Assembly: GCA_034189385.1 (NCBI GenBank)
Contig: JAXHVD010000005.1
Span: forward strand, 1-64,000
Direction: 5' to 3'
Length of the DNA stretch: 64,000 nt
Source: Thermodesulfobacteriota bacterium
GTDB lineage: Bacteria > Desulfobacterota > Desulfobacteria > Desulfobacterales > C00003060
Shown: piece by piece, positions 9,283 to 21,480 of the stretch
Numbering within the stretch: position 1 is the stretch's first letter
How the letters are laid out: each line of letters starts with the position of its first letter
Notes under the pieces: model-generated
What the model was told of the DNA's origin: nothing
The model's input: only the letters and a program-made list of their open reading frames with translations
Databases searched by the model: none
Made by a program: the position numbers and the translations under genes

Positions 9283-10046
9283 AGTGGCGCGGCCCTTTTC
9301 AAGAAAACTCTCTAAGCTTCAAACCCCATGCTGCCACTCTTGACAAATGGATCTTCCCTCAGAACGAAACCGGGGCCGCCAACAAAGACGGCCCCCTTGA
9401 CTATCTTGATGATAGCCTTCGTGGCTGGGGGAAGTCAAGCTATTTATCCGCGGCTTTTCCATCACGATGCTTCAGAAGGAGATCCTGCAGTGTGTTCAAG
9501 AAGAGATCATGTGTCAAGGGCAGGGCTGTGAGCCGAGGATTGCGGCGGGCCGCTAAGTATGCCCCATTCGATACTATTTTGTGCCTGACGGCCTTGAAAG
9601 GGGGAGAGGGTGATGGAGAATGCAAAGATGCAAGGCGTCCAAGTCCCTGGTTTTTTGATTGACACCAAACAACTGAGAAGATATTTTGCTGTTGTCGGTC
9701 CGACGATTGCTTTGCCCTGTATCCCTTGTCATATGAACGGCCCGGATCGCGTGCGGAAATCGCCATTGCTGTTCTGGAGCCGCTTCCATCCCATCTCTTG
9801 CCCAGCGATGCGCTTCCGCACCTTTCCCCAGTGAGCCCGTGAGCCGTTTGCGACACAAGACACAAGGGGGACAGTGGCCGCATCACAAGGCATGGTGCCA
9901 GGGTCCACTCCGGGATTGTTTGATCACTGCAGCACGGAACCAACGTGAGGACATGTGCTTTAAGGGGTGTTCTTGCTTTTTCTCGTCAATGTCCTACCCA
10001 TGCACAGAGACCGCAAATGTAAGGCTATTATTAAGGGAGGTTACAG

Positions 10047-10262
10047 ATGGCAAAGAGTTCAGGATCCACGCCTGGAAAGCGGTACAAGGAGATCAAGCGC
10101 ATGGACAAGCGGAAAGCCAAAGAAGCCAAGCGGCTGGAGGCCAAAGAGCGCAAGAATAAGGCAAAGCCGAAGACCGGCGATGAAGATCCAGATATTGCGG
10201 GGATAAAACCCGGCCCGCAGCCGCTGCCAGAGCAGTGGAACGATGTTGTCGAAGAGGAATAG
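10047..10262 (+). CDS. Small Lys/Arg-rich conserved hypothetical protein
   Basis: Basic coiled-coil then EDPDIAGIKPGPQP motif; GGGAGG RBS. Confidence 0.75.
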   Translation: MAKSSGSTPGKRYKEIKRMDKRKAKEAKRLEAKERKNKAKPKTGDEDPDIAGIKPGPQPLPEQWNDVVEEE

Positions 10263-10575
10263 GGCAAATAGGGACATTCAGCGGACGCTGGTGAAAGGCT
10301 GAAAGGTGGGCTGAACGCCGCGCATCCTGTTCACCGCAGGGCCCATGCAGCCTCGGGTTGCTGATTTACGCATGGCTGGTGGGGCTTCTAGCGCTTTTAA
10401 ATCGGTTTGCGTTCAATGTCCCATAGGCCAGACATGTCAAGGTTTCACGAGGGTCCCTTCAAGTCCCATCATCAAGTTCCTCAGAGAGACTTCAGTTGAG
10501 AATGAAGGCCCCCAAAGAGAAGGCTAGAAACAACGGATAAAGCGCACCTCAAGTTGACGTTAGCAGGTTGAAATC

Positions 10576-10941
10576 ATGAAGTACGAGCTATCATTATCAG
10601 AGGATAGAACGTATGTAAGGGTTCGGGTGCTCAAACCGATCACTGAAGCACTGGAAAGAGAATTCGCGCAAACCGCCATCAAAGATGCCAGGCGGCTCGA
10701 CATAACCAAGTTTTTGGTTGATGTGCGCGGCATCCCGAACGTTGCCAGTTCCTTTGAGCAATGTCTTTTCGGGTATAACGCCATGAATCAGTTCGGACTC
10801 GGCAGGAACGCGAGGATTGCAGTTGTCGTAGACGCGGACGACAAGTCCCATGACTTCATAGAAACGACCTTAGTGAATGCGGGATATCGCTGTCGTTTGT
10901 TTCCAGACGCGGACTCTGCATTGGAATGGCTTGGAAAATAG
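10576..10941 (+). CDS. Hypothetical protein (STAS/SEC14-like)
   Basis: KFLVDVRG, RIAVVV, DFIETTLVNAG..CRLF.D.DSALEWL pattern. Confidence 0.7.
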   Translation: MKYELSLSEDRTYVRVRVLKPITEALEREFAQTAIKDARRLDITKFLVDVRGIPNVASSFEQCLFGYNAMNQFGLGRNARIAVVVDADDKSHDFIETTLVNAGYRCRLFPDADSALEWLGK

Positions 10942-11049
10942 GACCCTGCTAGCCCAATGATCCAGCCGAGGCAGTGAATCAGACCGCCCTATTCCTTTGA
11001 CGCTGGCCTACAATAGAAAAGAGCTCCTCTGCATTTGGACCAGTATGAC

Positions 11050-11442
11050 ATGAAAATCTTGCTGATTTATGCTGCAAATTGGGTGGGCATGGCCATTGTT
11101 GCGATCCTAAATGGAGCCATACGTGAGAAAGTGTATGGACCGTTCATGGGGGAGTTGTCCGCTCATCAATTATCGACCCTTATGGGGCTCATCCTCCTTG
11201 GAGCGTACACATGGATCCTCACTGGAGCTTGCCAGATTCAATCATCAACACAGGCTTTCGGGATAGGTGGCATGTGGCTTATCATGACTATCGTATTCGA
11301 ATTTATTTTTGGTCACTACGTCATACGCCATCCTTGGGACAGACTATTTCGTGACTACAATCTGCTCAAAGGTCGAATTTGGTCGTTAGTGCTGATCTGG
11401 ACGGCTGTGGCGCCATACACGTTTTATCGGATTCGCTCCTAA
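11050..11442 (+). CDS. Conserved hypothetical membrane protein
   Basis: AILNGAIRE, AHQLST, FEFIFGHY, DYNLLKGRIW motifs with ~4 TM segments. Confidence 0.75.
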   Translation: MKILLIYAANWVGMAIVAILNGAIREKVYGPFMGELSAHQLSTLMGLILLGAYTWILTGACQIQSSTQAFGIGGMWLIMTIVFEFIFGHYVIRHPWDRLFRDYNLLKGRIWSLVLIWTAVAPYTFYRIRS

Positions 11443-11488
11443 GGAAGTCGCTGGCGCGTAGTCCGAATTGATGGCCCCCGGTTTTTTT

Positions 11489-12148
11489 CTAGACGATGAC
11501 CGTGCGCTTGATGATCTTTGCCACTTCGTCTGGGTCATCCACTAGGGTTACCAACTCCATATCCTCAGCCGAGATGAGTCCCCTATCCAAAGGATTGTTT
11601 TTCACCCATTCCCACAAGGGGCCCCAATAGTCAGAGCCCACTAGGACGACGGGAAAGGGCTTGATGCGCCTTGTCTGTATGAGGGTGATGGCTTCAAATA
11701 TCTCATCGAGGGTTCCGAAGCCTCCGGGCATGCCAACATAGGCCTGGGCATATTTGACAAGCATCACCTTTCTGACAAAGAAGTACTTAAACTCCACCTT
11801 GATGTCGGCGAAAGGATTGCATTCCTGTTCCAGGGGCAAGTGGATGTTGACGCCCACAGATTTTGCCCCTCCTTTCTTTGCCCCCCTGTTGGCGGCTTCC
11901 ATGATGCCAGGGCCGCCGCCGGTCATGATGTTGAAGCCATTTTCGGCCAGTTTCTGGGCAACGGCTACCGTCTTGTCATAGGTTTTTTCGCCAGGACGGA
12001 CCCGAGCAGAGCCGAAGACGGACACGCAGGGATAGATGTCAGACAGGGTTTCAAAACCTTCGACAAACTCTGCCAATATCTTAAAGAGCCGCCACGATTC
12101 CTGCATAGTGATGGTATCGAGTAGATACTGTCCTTCAGGCGTGTTCAT
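11489..12148 (-). CDS. LOG family protein (TIGR00730)
   Basis: VFGSAR, TGGGPGIMEAANRGA, YFFVRKVML, PGGFGTLDEIFE. Confidence 0.95.
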   Translation of the reverse strand: MNTPEGQYLLDTITMQESWRLFKILAEFVEGFETLSDIYPCVSVFGSARVRPGEKTYDKTVAVAQKLAENGFNIMTGGGPGIMEAANRGAKKGGAKSVGVNIHLPLEQECNPFADIKVEFKYFFVRKVMLVKYAQAYVGMPGGFGTLDEIFEAITLIQTRRIKPFPVVLVGSDYWGPLWEWVKNNPLDRGLISAEDMELVTLVDDPDEVAKIIKRTVIV

Positions 12149-12273
12149 TTACTACCTCCCTATATTGTACCAAATCCAGAGAAGGCTTGTAGTAGTAAAA
12201 AAATCGATTTACTGACGTTGATGGGTCATCGGCCCAGTGGAAGCCCTGGCTGAGATCCGTCTCCATGTGCTGC

Positions 12274-13968
12274 TCACAATGAGACCAGGAAATGCCGCAC
12301 GTATCTCGGGTCCAGGTCTTGTATGGATACAGAGCCGTACTCGTTCTCAAGCTCTTTGAGCAAGCTGTCAATGGTCGTGCCGACCTGGTCCTGCAAGTCA
12401 TCAGGGGCAAGCCCTGTGCGCCCCACGACCCAGTCCATAAAGGACTGCCGCATGTTTGGGTCTAGGGAACATGGCATTTTTTCTTTTTTCCAAAGATCTC
12501 CAAAAAAGGCCCTTAGTTGGGCCGTCTCAAGGGGCGCCACGTCTTCTGAAAGACCGAGGTGGTCTCTCGCCCAGGAGGTCAGGAGAAGATTCATCCAACG
12601 AAGGGGCTGGTAGCCCATGGGGCCGGCAATGGGGCAACGGGCCAGTACCAGAGACAGGAGGTGATCAATGGCTTCCATCTCATCGAGGGCCTTGTGGCAG
12701 GTCTCTATGTCTGACAGGTCCTTGAACTCTCGGTAGAGCTCCCCATCTGAAAGGCTTGTGTAGAATAGGGGCCGTTTCCGCAGAAGACCTTCCAAGAGTC
12801 CTTCCCATTGATCTCCCCAGAATGCCGGACCAAAGGCTTGGGTGATGAACCAGCTATTCTTCACCCATTTTTCGGCTTTCCATTTTAGTTCAAGCCCCGC
12901 TCCATATCCCACGCGGAAGATCTGGTCCAGAGGATACTTTTCTATCACGCGAGCCGCCTTGGACGGGACACTGCCGTCCAATTGTTGAAGCCCGATGTCC
13001 AGATACCCGCAAGCCTTTCTGACCACAGATGCCAAACCCTCTCTATCTCGGATTTCAAAGCCGTCTGCAGAGATGATCTGATTGCACATGCCTGCAAATT
13101 CTATCTGCAGTCTTTCCAGGGTAAGGCTTCCCTCAACGTGTCTCAAGGACCGGTGAAAGAGGTCCTGCTCTTGAATGAGTAGTGCTGTGGAAAGAGGAAT
13201 GGGTGCAGCAGGATCCAGGGCTATCCCTGTCTTCTGGATCTCAGAACTCTCATCCAGCAGGGACCTGGGGCTCACGTGCTGATAAATTCCAATAGCCTCT
13301 TCAAAGGGAAGGAACCCCTTTTCCGCCAACCGGATATTTCTGCGTCTGTACATGCCTTCTTCTGCCTCGGCTGGCAGGACAGAGGCCGATTCCAGCAACA
13401 CCTGATGAAATCTCTTAGTATCATGGGTTGCAAGGCTTTCCAGGAGCTCTCTAAGGCTCTGTTCGTGCTTGTCGTCGCGGATGCGGATATAAAAGACGCC
13501 ATCAAGGGTAAAATAGCTGTCATCAATGTCTGATGGAGATTCATCTTCTTCCTTTATTCGGATGTCAATATTCCTGTAAAGATGCCACTCCAGAAAATCC
13601 AGGTGCTCCCGCAGCAGCCACATGAGGAATCTTTGTGGATCTGCTTTCAAGAGGAGGGTCAACCACCGGTTCACCGAAGGGGTGTCCAAGCGGTCTTTCT
13701 TCCAGAGCTCCAGGTCCAGGAGATAGTGCCATTGATCATTGGAGGCAACGGCAAGAATGGGGAGGGCATCTTCGGGCCCCACATCCTGGACAAGCCAAAA
13801 GAGGTCTTCCTCGGCCAGCGATTGTACCAGATGAGCAGGTGTGGGCGATTCAAGGATGCGGTCAAGTGCCTCTTTGCCAGGGAGTTTCAAAAGCCCTGCA
13901 GGGTCTGGGCCTGAAATGGAAACGGGCACCCTGGAGCTTCTAGGGGTGGACTCTTCCATTGTCATCAC
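12274..13968 (-). CDS. DUF6178-like protein
   Basis: 564 aa; YLLDLELWKKD, EEGMYRRRNIRLAEKGFLPFEEA, IFRVGY; next to rsfS as in deltaproteobacteria. Confidence 0.7.
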   Translation of the reverse strand: MMTMEESTPRSSRVPVSISGPDPAGLLKLPGKEALDRILESPTPAHLVQSLAEEDLFWLVQDVGPEDALPILAVASNDQWHYLLDLELWKKDRLDTPSVNRWLTLLLKADPQRFLMWLLREHLDFLEWHLYRNIDIRIKEEDESPSDIDDSYFTLDGVFYIRIRDDKHEQSLRELLESLATHDTKRFHQVLLESASVLPAEAEEGMYRRRNIRLAEKGFLPFEEAIGIYQHVSPRSLLDESSEIQKTGIALDPAAPIPLSTALLIQEQDLFHRSLRHVEGSLTLERLQIEFAGMCNQIISADGFEIRDREGLASVVRKACGYLDIGLQQLDGSVPSKAARVIEKYPLDQIFRVGYGAGLELKWKAEKWVKNSWFITQAFGPAFWGDQWEGLLEGLLRKRPLFYTSLSDGELYREFKDLSDIETCHKALDEMEAIDHLLSLVLARCPIAGPMGYQPLRWMNLLLTSWARDHLGLSEDVAPLETAQLRAFFGDLWKKEKMPCSLDPNMRQSFMDWVVGRTGLAPDDLQDQVGTTIDSLLKELENEYGSVSIQDLDPRYVRHFLVSL

Positions 13969-14299
13969 CTATCTCAATGCGCTTGGCGTCTGACCAGAGG
14001 CCTTCAAGGTCGTAGAACATCCGCACAGGTTCGTAAAAGATGTGAATAAGGACATCGCCGTAGTCCATGAGAACCCAATGCCCTTCTTGGAGCCCCTCGA
14101 TGCCTATAGGCTTGATCCCCTTTGCCTTGAGGGTTTGTTCAACATGGTCTGCGATGGCTGAGACCTGTCGGTGCGAGCGGCCGCTGCAGATGATAAAGTG
14201 GTCTGCAAAAGAGGCCAAGCCTTGCACATCGAGTACGACCACATCCAAGGCCTTCATGCCCCAAATGGCATCAACGTAGTGGTCAATAGTTGGCGTCAT
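13940..14299 (-). CDS. rsfS: Ribosome silencing factor
   Basis: KALDVVVLDV, DHFIICSGRSHRQV, WVLMDYGDVLIHIF..R.FYDLEGLW. Confidence 0.95.
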   Translation of the reverse strand: MTPTIDHYVDAIWGMKALDVVVLDVQGLASFADHFIICSGRSHRQVSAIADHVEQTLKAKGIKPIGIEGLQEGHWVLMDYGDVLIHIFYEPVRMFYDLEGLWSDAKRIEIGDDNGRVHP

Positions 14300-14940
14300 C
14301 GATAAAGGCCCTTCCTCTGTATGAATTCGTGTACCAAAGGGGGGACAAGGAAACGGATGGAACGCCCCTTTCTGATGAACGTTCGAATTTGCGTGGCTGA
14401 TATGTCCAGCAGCGTCACCTTTAGGCAGAAGATAGCGCACCATAGAGGGTGTGTGTATCGGTTGCCTGGCCTGTCGTATTGGTATTCTGCCGATATGTGG
14501 GTGTGGATAAAATCCTCTAAGCCCCTTAGTTTTGATCCAGGCCGGGCCATGACAATAAAAGGAGCTGTGGCAAAGAGCTTGTGGTACGATTTCCAGGTGG
14601 TGATTTCCGAGAAGGCATCTTGGCCCACAATAAAATGAATGGCACTACCTTTACCAAAGTGGCCCTGAAAATGTCTCAAGGTGTCAATCGTATACGAAGG
14701 CCCGGCCCGGCCCAGCTCTACATCAGAGGCTTCAAACCAAGGCATGTCGTTGATGGCCAGTTGGACCATTTCAAGGCGCTCTTCGGCACTGGCCATATTG
14801 TCATCACTCTTGTGAGGTGGATTGGCCGAGGGGATGAGCAGAAGTCTGTCCAGGCGGAAAGCCTCACCGACTTCTACGGCGGCCCTCAGATGGCCGATGT
14901 GGATGGGATTGAAAGTACCGCCAAAAAGGCCTAAGCGCAC
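14296..14940 (-). CDS. nadD: Nicotinate-nucleotide adenylyltransferase
   Basis: GGTFNPIHIGH, SYTIDTL, DISATQIR. Confidence 0.97.
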   Translation of the reverse strand: MRLGLFGGTFNPIHIGHLRAAVEVGEAFRLDRLLLIPSANPPHKSDDNMASAEERLEMVQLAINDMPWFEASDVELGRAGPSYTIDTLRHFQGHFGKGSAIHFIVGQDAFSEITTWKSYHKLFATAPFIVMARPGSKLRGLEDFIHTHISAEYQYDRPGNRYTHPLWCAIFCLKVTLLDISATQIRTFIRKGRSIRFLVPPLVHEFIQRKGLYR

Positions 14941-14949
14941 AAAGACCCC

Positions 14950-16206
14950 TTATGTTCTGATCTGCCCGTCTCCAAAGACAATAAACTTGGTTGTCGTCAG
15001 TTCCTCAAGTGCCATGGGGCCGTAAGCATGGAGCTTGGAGGTGCTAATGCCGATCTCAGCACCTAAGCCCAGTTCTCCGCCGTCATTAAACCTGGTGGAG
15101 GCATTGACCAACACCACAGAGGCATCTACCTCCTTTAAGAATCGTCGAGCCTGGTTGTAGTCTGATGTGACAATGGCTTCAGTATGGGCGGAACCATAGT
15201 TGGCGATATGCTCTACGGCTTCTCCCATCGAGGAGACCACCTTTACTGCAAGGATCAGGTCAAGGTACTCTTCTGGCCAGTCCGCCTCCGTGGCTTGTTT
15301 GGCCTCCGGCACGAGCTCACAGGTCCTAGGGCAGCCCCGAAGCTCCACCCCAGCCGCCTTGAATCTGCTGGCCATTTTAGGCAAGAACGCCTCTGCCGAG
15401 GCCTCGTGGACCAGTAACGTCTCCATAGCATTACAGACCCCTGGTCTTTGAACCTTGGCGTTGTAAGAGATTTCCTCAGCCATCTGGAGGTCTGTCGCTT
15501 GGTCCACATAGACGTGGCACACCCCTTTGTAATGTTTCAGCACCGGGATCTTGGAGTTTTCAACGACAAATCGGATCAAGCCCTCTCCTCCCCTGGGGAT
15601 AATGAGATCCATACAGTCTTCTTGAAGCAGCAAGGCCTTTACGGCGGCTCTGTCTGTAACTGGAACGACCTGGGCAGCCCCTTCTGGTATGCCAGTCTCT
15701 CCAAGTGCCTGCTGAATGATACGAGCCAGGATGGCATTCGAATGAAGGGCCTCGGAGCCGCCGCGCAGGATGACTGCGTTTCCGGCCTTCAGGCAGAGCC
15801 CTGCAGCATCAATGGTGGCGTTGGGCCTGGCCTCATAGATCATGCCGATGACACCCAGGGGAATGCGGACACGCCCCACCTGCAGCCCATTGGGTCGCAG
15901 CCACATGCCGGTAACGCCCCCTACTGGGTCTGGGAGGGCAATGACATCACGCAGACTATTTGCCATGGACGCGATGACCCCGTCAGTCACCGTGAGCCGA
16001 TCCACCATGGCATCTGAAAGCCCCGTTTCTCTCGCATGTGCTAAGTCCCTTTCATTTTCCTCTTTGATCGTGTCTGTTTCCTCAAGGAGTTTCTGGGCAA
16101 CACGCTCTAAGGCCTGGTTCTTTTTGTCTGTGCTCAACACAGATACAACCTTGGCGGCTTGTTTCGCAGCCAGGGCCATATCGCGTATGGTCTCATCTAC
16201 TGACAT
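14950..16206 (-). CDS. proA: Gamma-glutamyl phosphate reductase
   Basis: [45 protein letters not shown]. Confidence 0.97.
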   Translation of the reverse strand: MSVDETIRDMALAAKQAAKVVSVLSTDKKNQALERVAQKLLEETDTIKEENERDLAHARETGLSDAMVDRLTVTDGVIASMANSLRDVIALPDPVGGVTGMWLRPNGLQVGRVRIPLGVIGMIYEARPNATIDAAGLCLKAGNAVILRGGSEALHSNAILARIIQQALGETGIPEGAAQVVPVTDRAAVKALLLQEDCMDLIIPRGGEGLIRFVVENSKIPVLKHYKGVCHVYVDQATDLQMAEEISYNAKVQRPGVCNAMETLLVHEASAEAFLPKMASRFKAAGVELRGCPRTCELVPEAKQATEADWPEEYLDLILAVKVVSSMGEAVEHIANYGSAHTEAIVTSDYNQARRFLKEVDASVVLVNASTRFNDGGELGLGAEIGISTSKLHAYGPMALEELTTTKFIVFGDGQIRT

Positions 16207-17372
16207 TTGCACTCCTCCGCTTCATCTAAGGTCATGACCAGGTTATTTCTATGAATCACCTCGTCGTAGTGCTTGTGTCCGAGTCTCTTTGCAATCTGGC
16301 TTGTCTTAAGGCCCATGAGTTTTCTGATGTCAGCAGCGCTGTAATTTGCAAGGCCCCTTGCAAAAGCGACGCCATCTGGGTCGAGACAGCAGACCATCTC
16401 TCCCACGCCGAATTCTCCCTCTACATCTGTAATGCCGATGGGAAGCAAACTTTTTCCCTGTTTGCAGATGGCCTTTGCCGCTCCACGGTCTACCCTAATA
16501 GCACCCTTTGCCTTGAGGGTAAAGGCAATCCAGCATTTTCTGCTTGTCATTTTGTGTTTCTTAGGCAGAAAAAGGGTCCCAATATCCTTGCCTTGGAAGA
16601 GTCCTTTCAGGATGTTGGGCTTCAGGCCACTGGCAATCACCATGGGGATGCCGCTCGTCGTGACCTTTTTGGCCGTTTGTACCTTACTCGACATCCCTCC
16701 CATGCCCAAAGCCCCTGGAATGTCACCAGCCGCTTGTTCCATGGCCCGGTCTATTTTGGAGACCAGAGGGATGAGCGAGGCGTCCTTATGGGCCTGAGGG
16801 TCCTTGTCGTACAAGCCGTCTGTGTCGGTGAGGCTGATGAGGACCTGGGCATCCATCAGGTGCGTGATCATGGCCGATAAGTTGTCGTTGTCTCCAAATT
16901 TTAGCTCATCCACAACGACGGTGTCATTTTCATTGATGATCGGCAGGACCTGCCAGTCCAAAAGGACATTTAAGGTGTTGCGAGCATTCAGATGGCGCCT
17001 CCGGTTGCAGAGGTCATCCCGCGTGAGCAGGACCTGGGCCACCTTTTTTTCATACCGTGCAAAGGCCTTTTCGTAGGCCAACATGAGCGTCGCTTGACCG
17101 ACAGCCGCGGCCGCCTGTTTTTGGGGAATGTCCGTCGGTCTTTGGGCGATACCCATTTTCTTCACCCCCGAGCCGATGGCCCCTGAACTCACAAGGATCA
17201 CCTCATGCCCCTGGTCTGCCAACCAGGATATCTCCCGCACCAGTCGCCTGATGACCTTTACATTGAGATCGTGATCCAGGGTAAGGACCCCAGTGCCTAC
17301 CTTGATCACCGTCCGCTTGACGCCACCAAATAGGTCCTTTCGGATTTCTATGCGCTCCTTTTTTGAAATCAT
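16197..17372 (-). CDS. proB: Glutamate 5-kinase
   Basis: [25 protein letters not shown]-terminal PUA domain. Confidence 0.97.
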   Translation of the reverse strand: MISKKERIEIRKDLFGGVKRTVIKVGTGVLTLDHDLNVKVIRRLVREISWLADQGHEVILVSSGAIGSGVKKMGIAQRPTDIPQKQAAAAVGQATLMLAYEKAFARYEKKVAQVLLTRDDLCNRRRHLNARNTLNVLLDWQVLPIINENDTVVVDELKFGDNDNLSAMITHLMDAQVLISLTDTDGLYDKDPQAHKDASLIPLVSKIDRAMEQAAGDIPGALGMGGMSSKVQTAKKVTTSGIPMVIASGLKPNILKGLFQGKDIGTLFLPKKHKMTSRKCWIAFTLKAKGAIRVDRGAAKAICKQGKSLLPIGITDVEGEFGVGEMVCCLDPDGVAFARGLANYSAADIRKLMGLKTSQIAKRLGHKHYDEVIHRNNLVMTLDEAEECKCQ

Positions 17373-17442
17373 CTCTTTACCTGCCTGAGGGCCTTATGCC
17401 ACCAGCAATCTTGTCTAAAGGGCAAGGGCGTTGCAAGGGGCA

Positions 17443-18708
<1,266 letters not shown>

Positions 18709-18723
18709 TCAGGGCAGAGCACT

Positions 18724-18984
18724 TTACGCAGAGGCGGGATAGACACTCGCCTTTTTCCGGGCGCGTCCCATTTTCTCAAACTTCACAATGCCGTCTATTT
18801 TGGAAAACAGGGTGTAATCCTTTCCCATACCCACGTTCACTCCGGGGTGCACCTTGGTTCCCAACTGGCGCACGATGATGCTGCCGGCTGAGACCTGCTC
18901 CCCTCCATAACACTTGACGCCCCGCCTCTGGCCATTGCTGTCCCGACCATTTCGTGAACTGCCGCCTGCCTTCTTATGTGCCAT
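18724..18984 (-). CDS. rpmA: 50S ribosomal protein L27
   Basis: [16 protein letters not shown]. Confidence 0.99.
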   Translation of the reverse strand: MAHKKAGGSSRNGRDSNGQRRGVKCYGGEQVSAGSIIVRQLGTKVHPGVNVGMGKDYTLFSKIDGIVKFEKMGRARKKASVYPASA

Positions 18985-19013
18985 TTCTCTGTTGCTCCTT
19001 TAGGGTATTTCTC

Positions 19014-19328
19014 TTAAGGACCATTGATGCCGTCGATCCTGAGGGCCGTAAAATACTGCCGATGGCCCTGTTTCTTACGATAACCCTTACGCCGTTTCCT
19101 TTTGAAAACAATGATTTTTTTTGCCCTACCCTGTTGGACAATTTGCCCCGTCACACTCATGCCGGCCAGTGTTGGCTGGCCCACTTTAACCGCGTCACCA
19201 TCAGAGAAGAGCAACACCTGATCAAATGAGACCGGTGTGCCGACCTCACCGGGAAGCTTCTCCACCCTGATGGTTTGTCCTTCAGACACCCTGTATTGTT
19301 TCCCACCCGTAGATATGACAGCATACAT
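19014..19328 (-). CDS. rplU: 50S ribosomal protein L21
   Basis: MYAVISTGGKQYRV...GHRQYFT. Confidence 0.99.
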   Translation of the reverse strand: MYAVISTGGKQYRVSEGQTIRVEKLPGEVGTPVSFDQVLLFSDGDAVKVGQPTLAGMSVTGQIVQQGRAKKIIVFKRKRRKGYRKKQGHRQYFTALRIDGINGP

Positions 19329-19420
19329 GGTCCAAACCCCTTAAGATGTATTGCATCACAGCCCATTGGGCTGCCGATGAAAAACATTAATATTAGACTT
19401 TCAAATAAAACATTGTCAAT

Positions 19421-20959
19421 CTATTTTTTGTGCATTTCATACATCTCGAACTGTTCAAGATGCAACTGCGGATCAGGGCGAATAATGATTTCTTTCCTCA
19501 GCCAGCCTTCCAGATGGGCTACCATCCCCTGCTCCTCGCCCAGGAGCAGGTCGGCAATCTCTGGATGGACCTTTAACGTGATATACTGACCCATGATTTC
19601 ACAGGACTCTCGTCTCATATCCCGATAGATATTGTAACAAATGGTCCGCTTTGACTGGAGGTATCCCTCTCCTTCGCAGTAGAAACAGGGTTCACAAAGC
19701 ATGCGATTGAGGGTCTCCCGTGTCCTCTTCCTGGTCATTTCGATAAGGCCCAGTTCTGACATAGGGACCACATTGGTCTTGCTCCGGTCCTTTTTAAGTG
19801 CGTCTTTCAGCGCGTTAAAAACCCTTTCACGGTTCGACTTTTTTTCCATGTCTATGAAGTCGATGATGATTAGGCCGCCAATATCCCGCAACCTGATCTG
19901 GTATGCAATCTCCTTGACCGCCTCCAGATTCGTTTTGAGGATCGTCTCCTCCAGATTGTGCTTACCCACGAAACGTCCGGTGTTCACGTCAATGGCCACG
20001 AGGGCCTCGGTGTGCTCGATGACAATGTAACCCCCGGATTTGAGCCAGACCTTTTTCTTCAGGGCCCTGGATATTTCTGATTCCAGATTATAAGCATCAA
20101 AAATGGGCTCTCCGTCTTCGTACAGCTCCACGGAGTCCTTGAGTCCAGGCATGAAGGTATCCAAAAACCGCAAGATTTCTTCATATCCAGACTTATGATC
20201 AATAACGAGCTTGTCGACCTCCCGCGTAAAGAGATCCCGCACGGCCCGCAGTGTTACATTCAGCTCTTTGTGCAGCAGGCTGGGGGTGGGGGCATTCGTG
20301 TTTTTTTTCTGGATCTCTTCCCACAAAGACACAAGGAAGTTCATCTCGTCGGCGAGTTTTTCCGTGCCAATGGCTTCACTAACGGTCCTGGCAATAAGGC
20401 CATAGTTGTCCTGCCTGATGGCTGCCAAGGCTTCCTTTAATCGTCTTCGCTCGCTTTCATCTTCAATGCGACGTGAGATCCCAATATGGTTTGTCGTGGG
20501 CATGAGGACCAAGAAACGGCCTGGCAATGATATTCGGGACGTAATCCTCGCCCCCTTATTTCCAATAGGCGCCTTGGACACCTGGACCATAATCTCCTGG
20601 CCTTCGTGAAGAAGTTCTTCAATCATGAAGTTCTGATCTAGGGAAGGGGGTCGTTCATGGATCTCACGCTCGGCCAAATCGTCTCCATCGTCTTCACTGG
20701 ACGACTGCATGAGCTGCTCGAATTCCTGGTAGTTATTCAGGACGTCGGCGACATAAATGAAAGCGGCCTGATTTAATCCTATATCTACAAAGGCGGCCTG
20801 CATCCCGGGAAGGACGCGAAGGACCCGCCCCTTGTAAATGTTACTTGCAATGTCGCCTTCTGCGGGTCTTTCGATAAAGAGCTCTTGGAGGATGCCATTT
20901 TCCACAAAGGCGACCCGGGTTTCATGGTCTGTGGCGTTTATGATTAGTTCTTTAGACAT
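19421..20959 (-). CDS. rng: Ribonuclease G (Rne/Rng family)
   Basis: S1 domain NIYKGRVLRVLPGMQAAFVDIG; AIDVNTG; GGLIIIDFIDM; 512 aa with no RNase E scaffold. Confidence 0.93.
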   Translation of the reverse strand: MSKELIINATDHETRVAFVENGILQELFIERPAEGDIASNIYKGRVLRVLPGMQAAFVDIGLNQAAFIYVADVLNNYQEFEQLMQSSSEDDGDDLAEREIHERPPSLDQNFMIEELLHEGQEIMVQVSKAPIGNKGARITSRISLPGRFLVLMPTTNHIGISRRIEDESERRRLKEALAAIRQDNYGLIARTVSEAIGTEKLADEMNFLVSLWEEIQKKNTNAPTPSLLHKELNVTLRAVRDLFTREVDKLVIDHKSGYEEILRFLDTFMPGLKDSVELYEDGEPIFDAYNLESEISRALKKKVWLKSGGYIVIEHTEALVAIDVNTGRFVGKHNLEETILKTNLEAVKEIAYQIRLRDIGGLIIIDFIDMEKKSNRERVFNALKDALKKDRSKTNVVPMSELGLIEMTRKRTRETLNRMLCEPCFYCEGEGYLQSKRTICYNIYRDMRRESCEIMGQYITLKVHPEIADLLLGEEQGMVAHLEGWLRKEIIIRPDPQLHLEQFEMYEMHKK

Positions 20960-21072
20960 GTGGTGATGCTAACACAGCACGACGACAATTTCAAATTTCT
21001 CTTGACGTGTTGAACCGGTTCAGATGGTATCGGCGTGAGCCACCTGTCCGTCGAACCCATTTGCGGAGAGAA

Positions 21073-21480
21073 ATGAGCAGAGGGAAAAAGGGTTTTCAAT
21101 CCGTGAGGCTCCTTGCCGGCGTGGGGCTGACTTCCTTGGCCACACTCATGCTCCAGGTCTCCTTGACCCGCCTGTTCTCTGTGTCCCTTTGGCATCACTT
21201 TGCCTTTATGGTGGTGAGTCTTTCCTTCCTGGGATTGGGCGCAAGCGGTACCTTCTTGATGATGACACACAGGGTCAGAGTTCTTTCGCTGAATCGGGCC
21301 TCAGCGGTGTTGACCTTTACTCTATCACTTGTTGTTTTAGTATGTTACTGGTGTTCAAACAGACTCCCCTTTGATCCTGCCCGCATCATGTGGGACCCTT
21401 ATCAGGGTCTCTATCTCGTGGCCTTTTATCTTGTGCTGGCCGTTCCATTCTTTTTTGCTGGCTTGACCCTGGGGTATTAG
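21073..21480 (+). pseudogene. N-terminal fragment of a membrane spermidine-synthase-like protein
   Basis: LMLQVSLTRLFSV..WHHFAFMVVSL..LGLGASG and LAVPFFFAGL motifs; ends abruptly, overlapping the pcm stop. Confidence 0.6.
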
